From Schizochytrium sp. TIO01 (taxonomy: Eukaryota; Protista; Bigyra: Labyrinthulomycetes), in the NCBI GenBank assembly GCA_004764695.1, contig SMSO01000006.1:449859-513858 (forward strand): DNA of 64,000 bases, written 5' to 3'. The translations under genes and the position numbers were made by a program. The notes under the pieces are model-generated. The model had not been told where the DNA came from. It did no database searches and saw nothing but the letters and a program-made list of their open reading frames with translations. This document shows positions 23,137 to 36,722 of the stretch, one piece after another (position 1 is the stretch's first letter; each line of letters opens with the position of its first letter).

Positions 23137-23184
23137 TCATTCATTCATTCATTCATTCATTCATTCATTCATTCATTCATTCAT
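23137..23184. repeat. (TCAT)12 microsatellite
   Basis: Read directly. Confidence 0.95.
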
Positions 23185-23800
23185 CCCTCCTCCTCCTCCT
23201 CCTCGTAGACTTGAACAAGCAGCATGATCACGAGATCGCCACTGCTGGCATGAATGAACTGCTCAAGTTGTCAAGTACCGGGCTGAAGTGATCAATCAAT
23301 CAATCAATCAATCAATCAATGTGTTCAAGTGAGTACGAAAGCTTGCCTTGAAAGTACTTTCTGTTTGTCTTCTTCTCTATCACTGGTTTGTAAGTTTGTG
23401 CTCTTGCGCGCCTTCTTCGACTGACCACAGTGTTGTCTTACCTGCCCACCTGACTCTATTCCTTTCTTTCCTCCACCTTTTCATCGCTCTTCGCAAACGC
23501 ACAGCAGAGAAGAAGAGAAGGGGATTTCCTCTCCATTCTCTGCCAATCAGAGGAGCCCTCCTGAGCAGCAGCAGCAGCAGCAGTGCGGAGCCAGGTCTCC
23601 CTCCTTGCACCTCTCCCAAATGGCGCCTCCTGCTTCGGCAAGCAAGCGCCAGGGACCACCGTGACCTTGCCTGTCATGAGCAGCTTAGAGAATGAATGGC
23701 TAACTCCAAGCTGGCGCAAACAACACAACTCCCTCATAAACCTTTTTCTTTTGTTTACTCTGCCATGTCGTCGTGTCGTGCCTTACTTTCTTTATTCTTC

Positions 23801-23885
23801 ATTTCATTTCATTTCATTTCATTTCATTTCATTTCATTTCATTTCATTTCATTTCATTTCATTTCATTTCATTTCATTTCATTTC
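23801..23885. repeat. (ATTTC)17 pentanucleotide microsatellite
   Basis: Read directly. Confidence 0.97.
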
Positions 23886-26644
23886 CTTCCTTCCCGAGTT
23901 TTTATCTACTACCATCATGATCATTCGTCATCCGAGTTCACGATTTACGATCTTCTGCTGCTGCAGCTATTTGGCAAAAACAAAGAGCGAGAGGGAACCG
24001 AACGTGGAAACGAAAGAAACCCTTCGCCTTCGGTCGGCCCTGCAGAACCTTGTCAAACCCCGTTGGAGCTCCAGCTCTTCGATCGATCGATCGGTCGGTC
24101 ATTCAATCAATAAGCGAAGCGTGCCCTGGGAACGAGACTGAGAAAAGGAGAAAAGAAGAGTGAAAATGGATGGAGCCAAATGCTCACTGCCTTTAAAAGA
24201 AAAAAATCATCTTTGATTTCCTATCTGCTCTACGCCGCAGCTAGCACTCACTCGCGCCTTCTTCAGGTAGGCAGGCACGTTGAGCTTGGTAATGGAACTA
24301 GAAACAAACCACCAAAAAGCCAAGCCAAGCCAAGCAAAACAAAACAATTCTTTTCTTGATTCCTCCACTTCACACCATCTGCTCCTTTAAGAAAAAATAG
24401 AAAAGGAAAAGAAAACTAATCATTCATCCACGATTAAAAATAAATAAAGAAATAAATAAATAAAGAAATAAAGAAAAATTAAAATACAGTACCAAAGTAG
24501 CGCAAAGAACTCTGTAGGTAGAAATAGTGCAGTGCTCCTTCGTTACCTATCGCGCAGAAGGAGGAGGGCATAAATAAAAAAAAAGTCAATCAAATAATCG
24601 ATCGATCAATCAATCAACAGACAATTCATAAATCTATAAAGCTCGCAATGCTCGTCATGGCCGCCAGACTGCTGCCCGGTTCCTCGTTCGAGTCGGATCG
24701 GCGGCAGCGGTTCGTCCGCGCTTGCGCCTCGCGAATTTGGCCCGTGCTGCGCCGACCTTTGCCACTGACCTTCCAGAGCTTTTGCTTGTTCGTTGTTTTG
24801 GCCACAGTTCTTTGTTTTCCGTTCTCTTTTTCTTTCTTTCTTTTTTCTTGCTTTCTTTCGCCACCTGCTAGCTCCACTCCTACCGTTTTCTTCACTGTCT
24901 GTCTGTCTTTCTTTGCTTAGGGCTTCTCTTCACTCCTCTTCTCTTCATTATTTCAATCTTTTGTTTCTTTTGTTCTCGCTGTCCCGCGTCTCGAGACCGA
25001 GTCCAGGAGTCTCTCGCTTGATAGGCTACCGAGAAAACTAAAGATCCTAGTACCTATCGGCAGCGAGCAAAGCAGGAGTTTTTATTCAATTAGGTCTTGT
25101 GATAATTGCGGGTTGCATAGTTATCATCGTCCATGAATCAGGGTCTAGCTTGGTCTTGGCGAATGAGCGAATGAGTGAATGAATGAGTAAATGAGTAAGT
25201 GAATGAAGAAATGCTTTTGCTGCATGTCCAGAATGCTCAAAGAAGTATAGTGTTTCTCTGCTTCCTCTTGCAGGAGTTGTCTCCTTTTCATTCTGTGTAT
25301 TTAAATTTAAAAAGAAAAGGTTTTATTTTTGCGAAAAGACATTCTTCCTTATACCAAAAGTAGAGGTATAGGTATAGCAAGAATCCGAATGAAAAAGTTG
25401 CATTACTTAAAACAAACATAGGATTTCCGCTCATCGAAATACTTTCCATTCAAACGAAAGAAAGAAATAATCTACAAATTGAAAATAAACATTATTTTGC
25501 CATGATTCCAAAGATTAATTTTAAAAAGAAATCGTCAGATCTTCCTACTTCTTCCTACTTCCATCCCCTTCTTTTTAATTTGAAAAGAGAGTGGAGATTG
25601 AGATCGATCTCCAACTTTCTTTATTATTATTATTATTTAAAAAGAAATTGTAGTAATGATGTAGCGCCGAACTTGAGAAAGGCTACTACTAGTCTGAGTA
25701 GTCTCAATAATCTAACTCGCTTGTTTTACAAGTGCAGCAAAAGGTCGCTCCGGAAAGTGCAGGGCCTGAGTCAGAGTCTTCGATTTGCGGCTAACTTGCC
25801 GGCTGGTATTCCTTGAAACATCAATTAAATTTCACCAGTGGTACAAGCAGTGTATTCATTCCTCCTCGGGGGCAGCAACTTCTTATTCTAGGAAGTATAA
25901 AACTGAAGCAGGAAATGACAGAAAATCCTTCTCGTTTAGTTTCTTTGAAGTTGTTTGTATTCATACTGTAGTGGTCGTAGATACGTATAGTATATACATG
26001 TAGATTTATCTTATTATTAAACCGATTCTCGCCTGGTTGATTTCGTGTCCCTGCAAGTGACACCTTTGCCTCTCTCTGTCCGTGCCCACTTGCTTACATC
26101 AGGAGGGAAGTCAACAAGCAAGCAAGCTCTCTAAATCCTACCTGCTTTATAACCATGCACATCATCAAATTCTTGTTGGTTCTCTGCGAGTTGAGCTCTA
26201 TGTTCGTTTCATCCGTCGGAGCAACGAATCTCTCTTCGTTGTGTTTGTTTGCTTGCTTGGTTGCCGCCAATCTTAGAACAAGAATGCAGGCATCGTAGCT
26301 ATACCAGCGAGCTAGGTGTTGTTATGCCAAAGGAGTTTTCACACGCAGAGAGAGCTCTCTGTAGTTGCTTACCTCTCTGACTTCTGTGCTCCTACTCCTG
26401 TTGGTCTCCGTTTGCCCCACTAAACGAATCACTGCCAGGGAGACGTAGAGTTCGATCTATTCTTCTCACAGAAAACTAAACAAACAAAGAAGTACCTCAA
26501 CACTCATTGAATACCTGGCAAAAGAGTCCAGCTAGAAACCAGCCTCGGTCCTCGCCATGGCTCTCTGCAACGTTTTAAGCTAATCACTTTAGTGGCGAAT
26601 GCCCCGCTTCTCCGTTATTTTTTACTCTTCTAGTTTCTGCTTGT

Positions 26645-26727
26645 GTTTGTTTGTTTGTTTGTTTGTTTGTTTGTTTGTTTGTTTGTTTGTTTGTTTGTTT
26701 GTTTGTTGGTTGGTTGGTTGGTTGGTT
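26645..26727. repeat. Compound (GTTT)15(GTTG)5 microsatellite
   Basis: Read directly. Confidence 0.95.
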
Positions 26728-29472
26728 TTTGTTTGTTGGAGACTGGCGCCGCAGCCTTTCTCTCTTTACGAAAACAACGAATCCACGAGACGGGAATGCA
26801 GTCCTTGTGGTGTAATTGCTTCGCGATTGCAATCACAGAGCGACCCAGCAGACAGAAATTTATCGCGAGACGCTCAGCTTTCTCTAGCTAGGTGCTGGAC
26901 GCCTTCGTTCCAGGCTGTAGATACGGAAAACCGTGCGGAGCTCCATCCCTAACTCCCTTTGGAATTTAACCAGAGTCCTTCCTTTTCAATAACATTCGTC
27001 GATCAATTCTTTGCCTTCAAGTCGAAGGAAGAGACTTTCTAAAGCTCTCCTCTCCTTAGAGGGAAGACTCTCTCACCTGCGATGCCGTCCGTCTGGCCTT
27101 TGGGTAGATCCGTAATTCCTTAACCCCTGGTAGGACCTACCTACCTACTTACTTACTACATCGTACGATTTAAAAAACTATTTTTTTTCTTTAAAATAAA
27201 AATACATACTTTTAAAATAAATAATACTAACTACCTACCTATATGAGGGGATGTTTTTACTGCTATTATGTTTGTTTTAGAGTTATATTAATTTTTAAAC
27301 ATTAAAGGGAAAAGTTCCTTTAATTATTCATAGAGCAAAAAGAAAGAAAAAGTAATACGCATCGTTTCATTTGTAGACTTCGAGTACCTAATAATAAATA
27401 ATACCTTCTAACATATCCAATAAAACGAAGTGCGCAACCAAACGAACTTTTCATTGCGCATCAACGAACCAACCACGCAGGCTAAATCAATCCAGCCTTT
27501 GCCTTCGGGTTGAGCCGCTTCGAGCTAAGGCGCGGCCAATCTTGGACACAGAGTATCCCTCATACCAAATCCCAGATGCTGCGGTTTTCTCTTCCTTCTC
27601 GCACAGACCTGCTCTTACCGCTTTCGGTAGGACTCGGTAGCGGTTCTAGATCTCGCTCCTGCCGTTCAAGGTGCTAGTGAGCAGAGATGTCCGCAGTACG
27701 ATCCTATGGTAACCCGTATGTGCCTCGCTACAGGTGTCCACAAGACCACCTGCTTGCTTTCCAAAGAGCTAGCTAGCCAGCCAGGCTCTGCCTGCCTTGC
27801 TTTCGTAATATAAGCAACTCTCTGCCTCTCTCTGCCTCTCTATCTTCTTCCTGCTGCCTTTGCTCAGGGCAAAGGCGAGAGCCGCATCTGTTGTAGTATC
27901 GCATATTATCTGTCTGTTCTTCGCGGCGCGTTTATGATGGGCACTCATGATAAAGAGGAAAAAAAGAAGAAAAAAGAAATGCCCAAAGAAACAAGAAAAT
28001 ATAATATCCGACTTGCTTGCGTTTTATAGGTAAGTCAAGCAAGTCGCCGCCGCGGCTTGGAAGGAGTTGCCTCGGTTGCGTTCCTTCGCGAGCTCATTGA
28101 ACCCCTGTGCCGCGACGCGAGGGCAGTTTCACAGGCTCGTGGCCCTGCCTGCACAGGGACTCGCGTGGCCCCATTCATCTCGAGGACGAGGGCGAGAAGG
28201 AGGAGGAGGTTTCGTTCATGAAGAGGGTTGTACTCCTTCTAGCTACCATAATGCTTCCTTTTGCAATGCATTAGCAGCGGTTCCTAGGGATCTGGATACA
28301 ACAGGTTACCACAACCAGGAAGAAAGGCAAGTTCTGTTTCCTTCAACTGGTTAGTTAGGTAGAAGCATCAGTAGTAGATCAGTTGATTTTATTTTTAAAA
28401 TGTAAAAGAATAGTAATTAAAGCTCCTCGTACCTACTATTGCAGCATTCCTTTCCTTTCCTGTTCTATTTTGATTTCCTTCCAAAGAACAGACATGCAAG
28501 AAAAGACTACGGAAGGGTAAGAGGACCAAAGGATCAAATTGTTGTACAAACTTGAGCACGACAGCGATGGCGGGAGGGCAGAGCAGAGGAGTGCCATTTG
28601 TGCATCGTTACACATCGATTCGCTCCAGCGGCGAGTCGCTAACCTTCCATCGAGCGAGCATCTTGACCGGTGGAGAATACCTGGTGGCAGTTCCTCTCTG
28701 TGTATGTATGTGTGTGCGTACGTCGCCGATCGCTAGTAAACTATAAATACCACAGTGAGTGAGCAATAAGTTCTGGTACCTAGACAGCTAGACAACCAGG
28801 CGTGAGCATCGGCATGTCTGGGATGTGGATCTCTTTGTCAATCTACTACTCAATCGATCTATCCGCCCATCCGTTTCGGCTCCTCTCTGGCTTCGAAGTC
28901 GACGCAGGAGCTGCTGGCGCAGGAGTGTCTTTGGAGCTACTCGAAGGAGGGCAGTCTCGGCCTGAGATTAAAACGCACGCTCTCTCCTCGACGCGCTCAC
29001 TTGTTTCGTCTCTTGCTGGCGATTTGGCTCAACAGAAACGAAGTAGAGAACGCGGTAGAACAGGCCAACAAACTAAGAAACAGGGCAAACAAGCAAGCAA
29101 CCAAGGAACCCACCAATGGGTCACATCAAAGAAAAGGAGATACAGCGCCCCTTTTCGCTCCATCCTATCAGTCTCTGACTTCCTACACTCAGAGCGAGAC
29201 GCATTCCGGTTAAGTTGCACTAAGAAAACCTCAAGTTGAAGGAATATTTCCAACATGCTTAATCGTAGCTGCTCTTCCATGAGAAAGGATTTTTTTGTTC
29301 TTTTTTTAAATTTAATTTTAAATAAATTAGGAAAGAAAGGAAAAAGAGACGCAACTGGCTAAAAAAACTCGATCAAAACCATCACTCTTTGCACCCGTTG
29401 ATTGGATTCTGTTCTTTGCGCTACCACCTTCTTACCCACCTACCTAGCTTAATTCCTTCCTTCATTCCTGCG

Positions 29473-29474
<2 letters not shown>

Positions 29475-29515
<41 letters not shown>

Positions 29516-29530
29516 GAGCGAGAGAGAGAG
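29475..29530. repeat. (AT)17 followed by an (AG)n tract
   Basis: Read directly. Confidence 0.9.
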
Positions 29531-29764
29531 TTTGAGTCAGCTTTTTTTCCTCTCGAAAGTTCACTCCTTCGTTGTTCCATGGGCCCGCTCCGCCTCGAGA
29601 TACTTCCGCCTCACTTCCGCTTCTTCTTCTTCTTCCCCGTTCTTCTTCTACGCGAGGGCTCGAGGTGCCAGCGGGGGTTCAGAACCAGCGCAGAGCGGGC
29701 ACGGAGGAAAGGATCCGCGGAGCGACGGATTGGAGGGTTTGTTTCTTGCTGTTGTAAGCAGCAG

Positions 29765-29856
29765 TAAATAAATAAATAAATAAATAAATAAATGAATAAA
29801 TAAATAAATAAATAAATAAATAAGTTAGTAAGCAAGTAAGTAAGTAAGCAAGTAAA
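29765..29856. repeat. Compound tetranucleotide array TAAA/TGAA/TAAG/TTAG/CAAG, 23 units in phase
   Basis: Read directly. Confidence 0.95.
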
Positions 29857-29980
29857 AGGAAGGGCCCCGCCCAAGTGAGACCGGGCCCTCCCTGCTGGCG
29901 TTTCTTCACGGTTTCTGCGCCGTGGACATGAACAAGTAAGTTGAGGGGAGAGCACAAAGAAAGCGGCGTCGCTCCTGCAT

Positions 29981-30167
29981 CACTCACTCACTCACTCACT
30001 CACTCCACCAAGAGCAGCCAAGAGCAGCCAGGGCAGCCGAGGCCGACAGATGCACGCACGCCTGTGCGCGGTGCCAGATACGCAGACGGAGCGGCGCTTC
30101 GTTTGGCTGCTCTGGCTGCTCTTGCGTGGCACGTAAGTGAGGCACGTAAGTGAGTGAGTGAGTGAGT
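29981..30167. repeat. Inverted repeat / long hairpin
   Basis: CAAGAGCAGCCAAGAGCAGCCA (30009-30030) pairs with TGGCTGCTCTGGCTGCTCTTG (30104-30124); the outer (CACT)6 pairs with an (AGTG)n tract. Confidence 0.7.
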
Positions 30168-33100
30168 AAGTAAGCAAGCTCTGGACTCGTTGCTGTCCTT
30201 TTGCTGGCAAGCAAGCACGTTGTAAGAAACGCCAGCACCCTTCGTTCGAGAGGCATCGTCGCGACGGCAGTGGCGGAGGAACTCGAGCCAGAAACGAGGG
30301 AGAGCGAGCTCCAGGATTCCAAGGCGGCGAGCTCGCAATGGACGTTTTGGCTTATCTGTCCATCCACCAGCCCGACAAAAAGTCAAGTCCCGGCGAGGAG
30401 GAGGGTTCGCGATTTTCGGTCTCGCCGCACATAGTTGCGCGAAGAGACTGACTGGCCTGACTGAGGTCAATCGGTCTTCCGTTCCGAAGGTCGCATTGCG
30501 AGGAATTTGGGCTCCCATGGACAAGGGGACAGAGAGCTCGAGCCTTTGGAGCGTCGCGACATGAGCGCGTGGCGCTCGCTGAGTCTTACTGGTGGGATGG
30601 GCCCAGAATGAATGCAAAATTACCTCGGGAGACTCGCATTCATGGTGCGCGCACTCAGCTGCTTTGCATTGAACGAGGAGAACTTCGACTTACTTGCAAA
30701 CGTCTTCTTTTCGAGACCTACAGTCCATGCGAAGCCCGTTTCTCAAAATGTAATGCTGAGAATGAGGAGAAAGCTCTGAAAAAATAAATAATTTTATTTA
30801 AAAAAAAAAAAGGATGAAAAGGAAAAGATCCTGTGAGATATATGAAAAAGAAGACAAAAACGAAAACAAGTCTTTTAAAAAGATGCTTGATAGTGCCTAT
30901 TACCTACTACCTAGTTGTTGTTGTTATAAAGACACAGAGAGAAAGAAGACAAGACAACCGATAAAATGAGGATGCTCCGATTGGACAAGAATCCATTACA
31001 AAGACGCCAAAATAATGAGGATTGCAGTCGACGCGCGTCAAAGAAGCAACCTCTCTCCACCCGCGATAGGTTACCAGAATTAAAGAGGAGAGCGTGCTTC
31101 GCAGCCTCTGCACTGCACAGCAGTGCTGCACAGCAGTGATGGCCGGTCCTGGTAGGTACTTCGTTCTCTACGGCGGAAGTTGTGGAGCTAACAGCTTTCG
31201 GAGTCCATGGCAGGCAGGGAGATTCTAACAATGGAATGGAGACACCGTAGAAGCGATATCAACCGTGGGAACCGAGGTGGCGCTTCTCGCTAACTTCTAT
31301 CGCAACCTTGCAACTGGAGTTTCTTCTCCACACAGACGGAGTTCCAAGGCTACCAAATGTGTACTTCTTTGTATTTACTTACATCCAGTGGTATTTCCAC
31401 GATGCCTTTTGTGAAATGCTTGGCTGTGATAAACCGAGCCAACGGTCATTTTTCAGCTCTGACACTTAGTTACAGCATACGTTGCACTACATCAAGTTCA
31501 AGAAGAAACTAGCGAATGAGTAAAATTCCACGTTGCTCGTGAGGAAGCAGTGGTGGAAGTGGCCCTCACAGACCTGTTTCTGTCCGGTATTGCCACTTTT
31601 CCCCTCCGCTTACTGGGAGTGACTTGCAAACCCTGACATTTGCCACTTGGATTCTATTGTCTTGAAATATTACATTTCGCGTGCTCTAAATGATTACACG
31701 CAAGCATTAACCATCTACAAATCGTGTTGCGCGTTTTTTAGGGCTGTCAACATGCAATATAAAATTAAAAGAAGAAGAGAAGACATCCTTGGCTAGTTAG
31801 GACCGAGAGAACAGTAAGTTGAAACGTGAGAGAGTTCTTTCTGAGAGAGAAAAGCCTGGAGCACCTTCGTGTTGCTCTCTTCGTGTTGCTGTTTTCCATC
31901 ACATCAAAAATAATCAAAATCAATAGAACATTGAAATCTGCTTATAATTTCATGGCACGGAGGAAGCAATGTCGGGCTTGAATCAGCTTTGCTTCTCTTG
32001 CTCTATCTAGACCTAGTCGCTGCTGCCACCAGCGCAAATCAGCAAATCTTGCTCTCCAACATTTTCCCTGACCTTCCGAATCGTGCGGTGCAACCCCTAA
32101 GGTGCAGTCGCAATCTAGGCCTTGCTCACCGGTACACGGAGCCAAAGAACCCGGGCGTGAGCCAGCCAGCCAGCCAGCCATCCAGCCAGCCAACCAACCA
32201 ATGAGGCGATCAACCTTAAGCTAATAAGTTCGCTCTGCAATTTCATTCGATCAGTCCATTAACTTTTCTTTTATTATTCTTTATACTATGGTTGCTATTG
32301 CTACTATTTTTGTTTTCTTTATGTTTAAAAATTAAATTAACATGACGAGCATAAATAAACCATCAAAGAGAACCCTTGCAAGAAAGCAACAGAAACTTGA
32401 AAACCTCCGCGGAAAAGATCAAGGCAAGATGCATAATCCCGAGAGCACCTACTTTTTCTTTTCGCCCATGATTTCAGGCTCCGTGGCCACCTGCTGAGGC
32501 CAAACTAAAACGTTAAGGCGTTTCGGCCTTCCTCACGAAGAAAAAAACCAAGAAACAAAGAAACCAGAAAACAAGAACCAAAGAAGGAAAGAAAGCGAGG
32601 AAGACTAACCTGCTAAGCAGAGGTGTGTATGTGTATGTATGTATGTGTATGTATGTATGTGCATGCGTGGATTTAATTGATCGCCTGCTCGTTTGTGTCC
32701 TGCCTGCCTAGCAGTGTCTAGTTTCTTGTCCCCCTCTCTCTCTCCTTCTTCCAGGCAGCGCAGGAACGACTGAGGAGAGCGCTTCAGGAGCATAGCTCAA
32801 AGGTAGGTTGGCAGCAAAATCCAACACATAGTCTTCGTAAAAGGAGAGAGAGGGCTCAGCTTTGCAAAGCATGACAGACAAAACAGCCATGTGGAAGCTG
32901 GAGGGGCGTCCTCGTAGGCATTTCGATAAGATGGCCTAGCGGTGCGGCTTTCTGTGGCGGCCCGGCCTTTATCGTGTCAGTGGGGTGGCAAAAAAGCAGC
33001 TAGCTAGAAAAGTGCCTCTCTCGCTCGCATCGGCTATGGCCACGCACCGAAGCACATGTGACGCTTTGTTCAAACGCCGTGCCTTCAGAACAAGCACAAA

Positions 33101-34963
33101 GAGCATGAATGTGTGATGATACGTGCTAAGTTCTTGTTTGCGTTTCTCAATTCCTGCCCTTAATTCTTCTTTCAAAAGTTTATTTTTTATTATTTACTAT
33201 TTTTGTTAATATGTTCTTCTGTTTTCCGAGTCACTTTGTTGGAGATTTTCGATCGTTGAAAGTCGTCGAAGCCTGCTACTTCTGAGGTAGTTTCGTTACT
33301 TGCAGCTGATCAGAGCAGGTAGGAAGGCCGTGGCGCTCCTTTCTTTTTCCCGTAGGTACAGGTACCGAGTCGCTATTTCTGCAGTTCTGTGGAGAAGAAA
33401 ACAAAGCGGTAGAAGAAATCCGTGAATTTTGGAATTTCGAATGGGCGCCTGAAAAACTAAAAACTGGGGGATTAATTGAAAGGCCCCAAAGCTTTGCTCG
33501 CGAGAGATGAATTGCACCTGTTTCGGCCTCGCCACGAACGTTCCTCATGGCCCACCCACCTTGAAATCGCCAGTTCTTGCGGGATCAAGGGCCGCTTTGT
33601 CTCAGGGTGGTGGTTGATGTATCTATTCCATCTCGCCTTTGCATGCCTCGTCGACTGGTGGGCCTCTTTTACATTTCAACAAAAAAGAAAGAAAAGTTAT
33701 TAGATTTAGAAATTCATTTGTTCATTTTATTTATTCATTTATTTAATATTTATTTGGCTGTTTGTTTACATATGTATTCACTCACTCACATTCTCAAAAA
33801 AAGCTTCCATGAATCGAAAAGCATGGAAAATATTCTTCAACTTTCGTATCGTGGGTAATGAATGAACGAATGTGCCAAAATAAGCAAATATTGCGCGAAT
33901 CGCGCGGTAGCTGATGGAAGTCCGCATATTCTCGCAGGCCTTCATACAACCTTCAGGTGTACCTACCTACACAGCGTTTCTTCTCCCTCATCCCACGGAA
34001 AGCGAAAATAAAAAACCAAAGGGGGCTCAACAGTCCTCAGTTTCTCATGGTTTGATCAGTCAGATCATGCTCTCGTAGGCACGTAAGCTGTAATCTCGTT
34101 GCAAAACAATTCTGCATCAGCGGGCAGGTGCGCAATGATGCCAGGAATCATACAGGGAGAAACTGCTGCTGCGAGGGAGGCGCGCGGAGCGACGACACAC
34201 TGAAACCACTGCGTCGTCCGCATCATGTCTGTCTTTCTGTGTCACTGGAGCTTTGGCCGTTGATTGATTCGATTCATTCCGCATTGTAAAATAAAACGGC
34301 GGCTTCCTTCTTCTTCTTCTTCTTCTTGTTGTCGATGATTATAAAAAACAATAAGCAAGGACCAGAAGCTTCTTTTTATTCCTTTCAAAATAGATTGCCT
34401 TTTAAAATAATAATTATCATTATATTAAATTGAAGTGGGTAGATACAACTTTCTCCTTCATTTGCGTTGAATTATCGCATGCACGCTGTTTTGCTTGCTT
34501 GCTGTTCTGGCGAATAATCAGGATAAACGGCAATGGCTTGACCGGCCAGGCAGGCAGCCAGGCAGGGCGTGCGAGCGTGCGTGCGTGCATGGCGCCGCAC
34601 ATCATGGAGCGGGCGTTACTCCCGTCTCCGAGTGTAGCTAGGGTAGTACTTCCCTTGAAGGACCTGGCTCCTCGTGGTTGCCGTTTCTGCCGCTGCCCCA
34701 ACAATCTAGTAGCACAATCTTAGCCTTCTACCGGGACCTGTAGCGCCGCCTAAGCGCACCTCACTCTGTACGCCACTCCACTTTGCTGCGTTCAAGTCCT
34801 CGGACGGCAGGAAGGAACGGTGTAAGGATGGAAGAAAGACGTAGATCGCTTTCCAGACAGACAGTCAGAGACAATCATTTGAAGTCATTGTAGTCGTTGC
34901 CGCGATTGTAATCGTCGCCGTCTTCATTTGGGAATGCATGCATGCATGCATGCATGAATGCAT

Positions 34964-35035
34964 GATGAAAATGAATGAATGATGAAAATGGATGAATGAT
35001 GAAAATGAATGAATGATGAAAATGAATGATGAAAT
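34964..35035. repeat. 17-bp minisatellite GATGAAAATGAATGAAT, ~4 copies
   Basis: Units start at 34964, 34981, 34998 and 35015 (truncated), with a partial unit at 35028; a self-complementary (GCAT)n tract precedes it. Confidence 0.9.
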
Positions 35036-36688
35036 TAAACAAGCGACGTCGATGACAAATGGCGATAATTAATAAATGAAGAATGAAAATGAACGAGGCA
35101 TGAATGAAATCCCTCTTCTCTCGTCCGAAGACCCCCTCCGCATGCGAGCCAAGATCGGTTAAATCTGTTGCTGCTTTTAGTAAATCACATATTGTCAGGT
35201 TGGGAACTTGGAAACTACACAGACAGCTTCGGGAACGGAATTTCCATCGCGAACTCGAATCATCCCAGCATTCCAGGGTAAGGTAAAGTTCTTTGCCGAC
35301 TGTCTTTCGGTTTGCTTCTGTATCTGCAATAGATCTTGCTTGGGTGAAGATCCTGCATCGTCGCTTCCGCAGGCTCCAAAGTTGCACCCCACTCCAAGCA
35401 AGCTGCAATTTAATTCTATTATTCTCCACAGAAATTCCTCTCTTCAAATTTCAAGACGAGCTTTACGCTCGTGTGATCGATCCATTCAAGAAGTCGATTT
35501 CCACGGTTTGGGCGCGGCCTCGGCTGGAGAATTGGCCACCGACCTACCGTGCGTGGGATGATATGTATATATATATGTATCGCGCGTAACTCCCTCAAGC
35601 TTGTCAGTCAGTCCAGCCCGAGGGAGCTTCCTTTCACTGTCTGATTATTTCTTCATCCATCCTCTGCCGTTCGTCTGTTTGCTTAGCGTTGCTGAAGCTA
35701 GTTCGCTCAATTGCGCTGCGCTCCAAGTTTTCCAGGCCGATTTGGCAGTCCCTTCAGAATTGAATTCCCTCATCTTTCCTGTTTGTTTGTTTGTTTGTTT
35801 GTTTGTTTGCTTGTTTGTTTGTTTGTTTATATGTTTATATGTTTTTTGCTGGCCTCGTGGTTTTCAGTGCCTACGAAATTCGTCGATATTCTGGCCGATT
35901 TCATCGCTGGCGAGGCGCTGTTCTTGCGGAATTCGCACGTTCCAATCCTGCTCCCGGTGCTGGCATCATCATCTTTCGGGGGGCCTGTCACCTGCTCAAG
36001 ATCGTCATCGCTCGATCGCTCCAAGAGCTTGCCGGAAGGAAGCGAGCCGATGCTGCCGCCTCAACTTTAGGCTCCAAGGTGCGCGAGCGAGACACGCAGG
36101 CGGTCATTCGCATGGTCGATCTTCGAATTTGCAATTGAGAAAGAAAGAAACAAAAGGATCCTCCGCAAAACGGAAAGTGCGTGCGATCGTGCTTGAAATC
36201 CAGCCAATAAGCCTGCACACAGCCAGCCAGACGAGCTCGGTTCTTGCTCTGGCACGGCGCTGGCACCGCAACGAATTTCGAGCCGCCCGAATTACCAGAG
36301 CAAACTCGTCGAGGCAAGCAAGCCCAGAGGACAGCGCAGCCATTTTGGACCACAGCCGTATTCACTCGCGATAGAAATGATGATCATTTATTAAAGTCCT
36401 CTTCTAAGCCGGGTTGTACTACAAACATGAGAGCCATGGAGTTCTTTTCTTTTATAACTCTGTTTTTATAAAGTGAGCGAAGTTTGTTTTTACAATGGAA
36501 AAAACAACATCAAAGCACCAAAGCAAAATGAAAGTTCTCAGATATTCCGGCAGGCGCAGGTACCCAAGGTATAATTTATCTATCTATCTACATTTGTTAC
36601 TCTCACTAGTCGAGGAAATAAGCTAAAACCTTTACCAACTTGGGTAAAAACTCAAGCGACATAATCGCTCAAGTTCTTGGTCGCAATA

Positions 36689-36722
<34 letters not shown>
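36689..36722. repeat. (AAGC)8 microsatellite
   Basis: Read directly. Confidence 0.95.

Noticed and set aside
35601-36374. 257-aa ORF as a single-exon gene
   Set aside because: TTG start, runs through a (GTTT)n tract, and has R/S/A-rich composition typical of non-coding GC-rich frames.
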